DNA of 64,000 bases, from NCBI RefSeq assembly GCF_001194135.2, contig NC_068985.1, forward strand, positions 122,029,396 to 122,093,395. The letters are read 5' to 3'. Positions within the stretch are counted from its first letter, which is position 1; each line of letters begins with the position of its first letter. A program made the position numbers and the translations under genes. This stretch comes from Octopus bimaculoides (taxonomy: Eukaryota). The notes under the pieces are model-generated. The model did no database searches. It saw only the letters and a program-made list of their open reading frames with translations, and was not told where the DNA came from. This document shows positions 60,367 through 64,000 of the stretch, piece by piece.

Positions 60367-62208
60367 CTTATTTCAGCTGGAGTTGCTGAAAAAAATTCCA
60401 CCTACTTCATCAATCGCTTCTTCATCCTGCCACTTTTGAGTAATAAATCAGAAGTAAGGAAAATTGATCTCTTTTGAATTTGTATTTCCTTTATTTTTTT
60501 CATTTATTTATCATCATTTAATGTCCGTTTTCCATGCTGGTATGGGTTGGGCAGTATTTATGTTTTTGTACATTTCATTTTATTAAGGGCTGCTACATTA
60601 CAGCAATAAATTTTTATTTCACTGGATTGGTCAAAAAAAAAATACTGGATATGTATTGAAATTGGTTTTACTGACCTATAAACTCTACCATTGTAAAAAT
60701 ACATAGACATTGCTATATTGACCAGTACAGAGGTTGAAACGGTAGCAGAAATGCTACCATTAAACAACTTTATCAGTAATTACTATAATATATTCAAAAT
60801 ATTATAGAAAGCTCAGATTATTAAATCTTTTAGTATTTTCATACAAGGAATATTATTTAATAACTATATTTTAAATGTTCTAGTGAGCCATAGGCTGAAA
60901 ATCATCAGAATTTTGTAATATTTTTTTCTAACTCACTCTGCCCTGAATTCAAATCCTGCCACGGTCATATTTGCTTTACATTCTTTTGGAATTAATAGAA
61001 AGTACCAATTCAGGGTATTGATTTAACAGATCTGTTACAGAGTTAAGCAAGGGGCTTTGTGGTATTTGTTCTGGGTCTTTGTATTCTGACAATACTGGCA
61101 TCCAGCTGCATCAGCCCAGGTCATATCTTCAGCAAGATTAAAGGGACCTCAATTCCATACTCAGCAGGATATACTAGATGCATTTTATCATGGCATCAGC
61201 ATTTGAGAGGAGAGAGAGCGTGATGGATAGCAAGAAGTGGATACATGGTGAGGGTGAATGATAAACGTTGCTATTAAATGACCAGGGGGAGAGAGAGAGA
61301 GTATGTGGGTTATATGTTTATCTTATGAGGTCCCCTAAATATATGCCTCAATACAAGTGACAGTAAGAGTGATAGGGATGAGAGAAGGGCAGGTCTCCTG
61401 TCGTTCTTAGTGATGCTAGTGGCATAGTATAATGAGACTGAAAAGAACAGAGAGTGATTGAGAAAGCAATAGAAAATTACTTTATCTATGAGGTCATCAG
61501 ATATTATCTTCAACCTGCAAAATGTAATCTTACCCTTATTTATTGTGTCACTAATTGAAGTTATCATTTGACATTTTCTTCTTTAGCAGCAAACTATAAC
61601 TCCATTAGCAGTTAGTACAACAAACCTGTCCCTTGAACGGCGGATCAGTGAATTGATGGTACAGCTGCAAACTACACAGGATAAGCAAAAAAGTCAACTA
61701 ACTCGTGCTGATGTTGAACTGATAGTCAAAGAACTCCTCTCAGGCAAATTATCAGGCTTATCTGGTGATCTTCACGAACAGAAATTGAAAACAACTGCTG
61801 AAATGGTGATAAATTTTTTTTCAAACATTAAAGGATATATCTTTTAAAATTAAAAATGTTATTTGTTTTTTATTAATTAACTTGCAACTTGTAGTTTTGT
61901 TTGATCCCACCTTCATAAATGGTGTAATGAACTTTTACAAATTAAATAATTAGTAACGATAAAAACGAAAGGTTTGACTTTTAATTTAACCTTTTCAACA
62001 GTTACCTTGATTTAACAAAGCTTTATCAAGATTTTCTTTCTGGATAATAACAAATAAAGGCAAAACAAAAGTGCAAAAGTCAATTTGCCTTTATGATTTT
62101 TTTTTTTTTACACATTTCGTTATCCGTGTTAATTTCCAGGAACAATTAAAACTCAACCAAGCTCAGACTATGGATGAAAGAATTGCACCTCTTATTGCTG
62201 AAGCTAAG
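15834..62208 (+). CDS. SUN1: SUN1/SUN2 (UNC-84)-like inner nuclear membrane LINC-complex protein; 5'/central portion, continuing beyond the window
   Basis: GT-AG exons join in frame: 15834-15895, 31908-32000, 37719-37802, 46417-46449, 49822-50024, 51594-52373, 53622-53645, 57960-58041, 59044-59132, 60377-60453, 61587-61805, 62140-62208. The product has [22 protein letters not shown]...SPNMSRRNL (compare human SUN1 HMYSPPQCVPENTGYTYALSSSY...SPRMSRRSL, quoted from memory), [12 protein letters not shown] (compare HFWGLDDDGDLKG), one Leu-rich TM helix and then a coiled-coil-like segment. The SUN domain is not in the window, so the symbol rests on the N-terminal motifs and topology. Confidence 0.8.
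18384..18659 (-). mobile_element. tRNA-derived SINE with intact Pol III boxes and a Meta/V-type central domain
   Basis: Minus strand has A box TAGCCCAGTGG (18637-18647), B box GGTTTCGATTCCC (18592-18604), body GCGATGGACTGGCATCCCGTCCAG...AGAAACCGGG and an A-rich tail. CpGs are retained. Confidence 0.8.
18667..18820. repeat. Near-perfect foldback palindrome (about 70-bp arms, (GATA)n loop)
   Basis: GTAAATTAATAACGGTAAAATTAATTTCTTCCAATTATCTCTTTACTTTTAGTGTCGCTAATAATTATCTA pairs with TAGATAATTATTAGCTACACTAAAAGTAAAGGAGAGATAATTGGAAGAAATTAATTTTACAGTATTAATTTAC with few mismatches or bulges. Confidence 0.9.
25730..26070 (+). mobile_element. Family C SINE (GTGGTAAGAAG...GGTTCAGTCCCACTG...CAAGTGTCTTCT...AAACAAGTAAAAGA); related copies near 23030-23090 (-), 28060-28170 (-), 39520-39690, 52945-53440, 55270-55420 and 62490-62640
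   Basis: tRNA-like head with a GGTTCAATTCC B box, a shared body with internal (TG)n, and a shared tail across copies. Confidence 0.8.
28541..29409 (-). mobile_element. Internally deleted mariner transposon
   Basis: About 28-bp TIRs (CAAGGTGGTATCAAAAAGTTCCTGGACTA and TAGTCCAAGAACCTTTTCATACCACCTTG), TA on the left. Minus strand encodes [23 protein letters not shown]...[16 protein letters not shown] (HTH) and [14 protein letters not shown]...[19 protein letters not shown] (C-terminus), with stops and a central deletion. Confidence 0.9.
31908..32000 (+). CDS. SUN1: SUN gene exon ([30 protein letters not shown]), phase 2-2
   Basis: Acceptor cttttgtttcag, donor CT|gtaagt, 93 nt open in the required frame. 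Confidence 0.65.
34293..34319 (+). other. Candidate 27-nt microexon (non-coding or poison in the SUN frame)
   Basis: Acceptor tttttcttctag and donor CAG|gtaatt. In phase 2 it contains an in-frame TGA. Confidence 0.3.
34676..34749 (+). CDS. Candidate alternative exon giving an alternative start [13 protein letters not shown](R)
   Basis: ATG at 34709 is open to a strong CAG|gtaaca donor in phase 2, in frame with downstream SUN exons. The acceptor is uncertain (34675 or 34687). Confidence 0.35.
37719..37802 (+). CDS. SUN1: SUN gene exon ([27 protein letters not shown]), phase 2-2
   Basis: Acceptor ctcctcttccctcag, donor ATG|gtaggt, 84 nt open. Supplies the YxxPxxxP half of the SUN1 N-terminal motif. 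Confidence 0.6.
41770..42052 (+). mobile_element. Family A retroposon copy; other copies at 53815-54118 (+), 58790-58951 (+), 49215-49400 (-) and 63703-64000 (-)
   Basis: GTGGTTGGTGTTTGGAAGGGCATCCAGCTGTAAAAAC...GGACGTTAAATGATGATGATGATG. Confidence 0.85.
42640..43310. repeat. Unclassified CpG-retaining, purine-rich interspersed-repeat-like segment (possibly Penelope-like non-coding end); similar composition at 33230-33800
   Basis: Flanked by TA microsatellite, locally CpG-rich inside a CpG-poor intron, with GA-rich tracts. No protein motif recognised. Confidence 0.3.
45308..46059 (-). mobile_element. Mariner transposon, both TIRs present, N-terminal part deleted
   Basis: TIRs TAGGGTCATCTTTATAAATAATGTGGTTTTT and AAAAAACCCACATAGTTTATGGGATGACCCAA, TA-flanked. 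Minus strand reads [19 protein letters not shown]...[11 protein letters not shown]...[18 protein letters not shown]. Confidence 0.9.
46417..46449 (+). CDS. SUN1: SUN gene 33-nt exon ([10 protein letters not shown]), phase 2-2
   Basis: Acceptor ttatttacag, donor GAG|gtaagt. Contains the TDYTY core of the SUN1 N-terminal motif. Confidence 0.85.
46655..48300 (+). mobile_element. Ty3/Gypsy (K02A2.6-like) pol 3' fragment: RNase H, H2C2 zinc-binding domain and integrase; frameshifted
   Basis: [25 protein letters not shown] and GHADGLSRL (RNase H), [21 protein letters not shown]...QCRG (H2C2), [24 protein letters not shown]...VSDNGTQFT...[18 protein letters not shown] (rve), split across three frames. 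Contains the N gap at 47977-48093. Confidence 0.95.
48350..48693 (+). mobile_element. Polypurine tract and probable 3' LTR of the Gypsy element
   Basis: AAAAGGGGGAGG (48350-48361) is immediately followed by TGTTGTG at 48362. TATAAATA at 48408, AATAAA at 48516 and 48530. The right CA end is uncertain (about 48670 or 48693). Confidence 0.7.
49822..50024 (+). CDS. SUN1: SUN gene exon ([21 protein letters not shown]...SSYRS), phase 2-1
   Basis: Long T-rich acceptor, donor CAG|gttggt, SPxMSRRxL motif. Its phase change reconciles the flanking exons. Confidence 0.85.
51594..52373 (+). CDS. SUN1: SUN gene 780-nt exon: EEQRRL repeats plus Ser/Thr-rich nucleoplasmic region, phase 1-1
   Basis: Acceptor atttgttattcag, donor ATG|gtgagt, fully open (includes ORF 51854-52381). 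Confidence 0.9.
51695..51820 (+). repeat. Coding minisatellite, 7 x 18 bp (GAAGAGCAGCGGAGACTT)
   Basis: Translates [42 protein letters not shown] in the exon frame. Confidence 0.95.
53622..53645 (+). CDS. SUN1: SUN gene 24-nt microexon (GLDSDSEL), phase 1-1
   Basis: (CT)n tract plus AG acceptor, donor TAG|gtactg. In frame, and completes the [12 protein letters not shown] motif. Confidence 0.75.
   Translation, partial: VLIQILS
54614..54839. mobile_element. TTAA-flanked (piggyBac-type) MITE; partial copies near 24030-24188 and 29415-29560
   Basis: Starts TTAACCCTTTAGCATT and shares its interior with the copy at 63438-63666. The right end is degenerate. Confidence 0.75.
56040..56620 (-). mobile_element. 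RTE-type LINE 3' fragment
   Basis: ORF 56333-56593 contains [39 protein letters not shown], typical of the RTE ORF2 C-terminal region. An EAFVQQW-like end lies near 56060-56090. Confidence 0.85.
56845..57551 (-). mobile_element. Mariner transposon, 5' TIR and N-terminal half, C-terminal half missing
   Basis: TIR TTGGGTCATTCCATAAATAATGCAGTTTTT with TA. ORF 57021-57407 [15 protein letters not shown]...[16 protein letters not shown] (HTH), then *VPHKL and [10 protein letters not shown]. Shares 72 identical bp with the 45.3-46.1 kb copy. Confidence 0.9.
57587..57798. mobile_element. Second TTAA-type MITE family copy
   Basis: Imperfect TIRs TAACCTTTTTGTTAC and GGTAACGAAAGAGTTAA. Confidence 0.55.
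57960..58041 (+). CDS. SUN1: SUN gene exon ([26 protein letters not shown]), phase 1-2
   Basis: Acceptor ttttattctcag, donor AAG|gtagac, open frame. Confidence 0.85.
59044..59132 (+). CDS. SUN1: SUN gene transmembrane exon ([30 protein letters not shown]), phase 2-1
   Basis: Acceptor tttttactttcag, donor TCG|gttagt. A basic stretch precedes about 20 hydrophobic residues, indicating a type II TM. Confidence 0.9.
60377..60453 (+). CDS. SUN1: SUN gene exon ([25 protein letters not shown]), phase 1-0
   Basis: Poly-T acceptor, donor GAA|gtaagg. Two N-x-S/T sequons fit a luminal location. Confidence 0.85.
61587..61805 (+). CDS. SUN1: SUN gene luminal coiled-coil exon ([28 protein letters not shown]...KTTAEM), phase 0-0
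   Basis: Acceptor ttttcttctttag, donor ATG|gtgata. Overlaps ORF 61653-61847. Confidence 0.85.
62140..62208 (+). CDS. SUN1: SUN gene exon ([23 protein letters not shown]), phase 0-0
   Basis: Acceptor aatttccag, donor AAG|gtatta, open helical sequence. Confidence 0.85.
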
Positions 62209-63437
62209 GTATTAGAATATTTTATGTTATTTGCATGCTTTTGAGGCTATAAACTCCTGAGCTTACCTGCAGATGTTTCTACTATTCCCTAGACTGCTTT
62301 TGTTTTCCATCACCTTCCTCAACTTTTCATTCTCCTTTGCCTTTTCTCCTCCTCATTTCACTCACTCCTCCTCCTTCTCTCTCTCTCTCTTTCACATATG
62401 TGTGTATTTATTTACATATAGACAGACAGCTTGCTAGCTACATAGATAAATAGCTGCCCATGCTTGTAGCAGGTCAGCTACAGGCACAGATATGGCTGTG
62501 TGGTTGCAAAGTTTGTTTTGTAACCATATGGCGTCAGGTTCCATCCCAATGCATAGCAGCTTCTGCAAGTGCCTTCTATTGTAGCTGGCCAGTGTCTTGT
62601 GGCTAAAATTGGTTGATGGAAATGGTCTGAAAGTGCATCATGTGTGCATGCAGGAGTGTTTGTTTCCATGTTTTTGCATTAGCATCATTTGGGTGATAGT
62701 TATCTTAATGTCTCACAATACATCCCATGATTTGGTGGTCTCAGTGATGTTGACATGTGAAGATCAATGGATTAAAAAGTACTTTACTTGAAAGACAAGT
62801 AAGAGTTGGAAACAGAAACGTTATCTGGCTGAATACCACTGTTTCAAAACATCTTGTCTAACCCTTATTAGAATGGGAAAAGTGATTATAAAAATGATGA
62901 CATATTAAGTGAGTAGTTTTGTCGTGAGATCTAAGCTTGCAACCACATCAAATTTTTCCTTAGTCTTTACTGCATTCATCTTTCTGCTACCATGTTTCAT
63001 GTATTTGCACTTTGCCTACATCAACTATTGCTTTTAATATTTAGTTGCTTCTTTTTCTTTCTCCTTTTTATCATCAATACTTGTTTAAACCCTTTTGATA
63101 CCAACTCCTTTCAAGCTTTTCTCGCTTCTGTGATACAAAACTGCCCTTTTTCAAAATGTTCAAACTTCAATTTAAAAATTTAAATCTTCCATCCTAATTT
63201 TATTTAAGAATCTTTTGTTAGGTTTTAAATGGCACAGCAGCTTAAAATGCTAGTTGTTTATATTTTCAAAATTATATATATTGAAAAAATAATGAACAGT
63301 GGGTTATTTTGTTTCTTTGCTTTTTTTCTTTTCTTTTTGCACTTGAGAAATATAGCCGCAAAAAGTTAAACATGTCTCATAATGCACTGCTCAGTGGGCC
63401 TTGTTCATTTCTCTAAAATTGCTTAGGCTCTCTAACT

Positions 63438-63666
63438 TTAACCCTTTAGCATTTAAGCTGGCCATATCAGCTCAAAATATTCTACCTGTTTTAAGTTCAA
63501 ACTGGCCAGATCCAGCCTCTCACACCTACCATACAAATGTCATTCTAAAAATAAACAGTCACATCATCAAATTCTCGAAGCAACACGATAATGCATAACT
63601 AATTCAAAATAATGTGAATGAATAAGCATTACATTTGACAGAGGAATCTGAATGCGAAAGGGTTAA
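63438..63666. mobile_element. Complete TTAA-flanked MITE
   Basis: TTAA-CCCTTTAGCATT ... AATGCGAAAGGG-TTAA, about 220 bp with no coding capacity. Confidence 0.85.
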
Positions 63667-64000
63667 TATCTATGTTTTCACAGTCATGCCGCTGCATATT
63701 TCATCATCATCATCATCATCATCATCGTTTAACGTCCGCCTTCCATGCTAGTATGGGTTGGATGATTTGACTGAGGACTGGTGAAACCGGATGGCAATAC
63801 CAGGCTCCAATCTAAATTTGACAGTTTCTACAGCTGGATGCCCTTCCTAACGCCAACCACTCAGAGAGTGTAGTGGGTGCTTTTACGTGTCACTCGCACG
63901 AAAACGGCCACACTCGAAATGGTGTCTTTTATGTGCCACCCGCACAAACCAATCCAGGGGCACTGGCAACGATCTCACTCGAAAATCCTACAGGAGCCAG

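Overview
AT-rich, microsatellite- and SINE-dense eukaryotic DNA with six assembly gaps. The repeat families look like octopus (coleoid cephalopod); this is pattern recognition, not a database result. The main feature is the 5' part of a long + strand SUN1/SUN2 (UNC-84)-like inner nuclear membrane gene. About 12 frame-consistent exons run from 15834 to 62208. They encode the SUN1-type N-terminal motif (TDYTY...SPNMSRRNL), a 7x EE(Q/R)RRL charged repeat, a GLDxD microexon, a CCCC-preceded transmembrane helix and the start of the luminal coiled coil. The SUN domain itself is not in the window and is presumed to lie beyond 64000. The introns hold decayed mariner elements, the 3' half of a Ty3/Gypsy retrotransposon with PPT and LTR, RTE and CR1-type LINE fragments, TTAA-flanked MITEs, tRNA-derived SINEs and a foldback hairpin. 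Upstream are an internally deleted Merlin (IS1016-like) transposon with long TIRs and a CpG-depleted 6-13 kb block that may be a second, unresolved gene. I found no rRNA, true tRNA gene or CRISPR array. All exon models were read by eye from splice signals and frame continuity and need RNA-seq confirmation.
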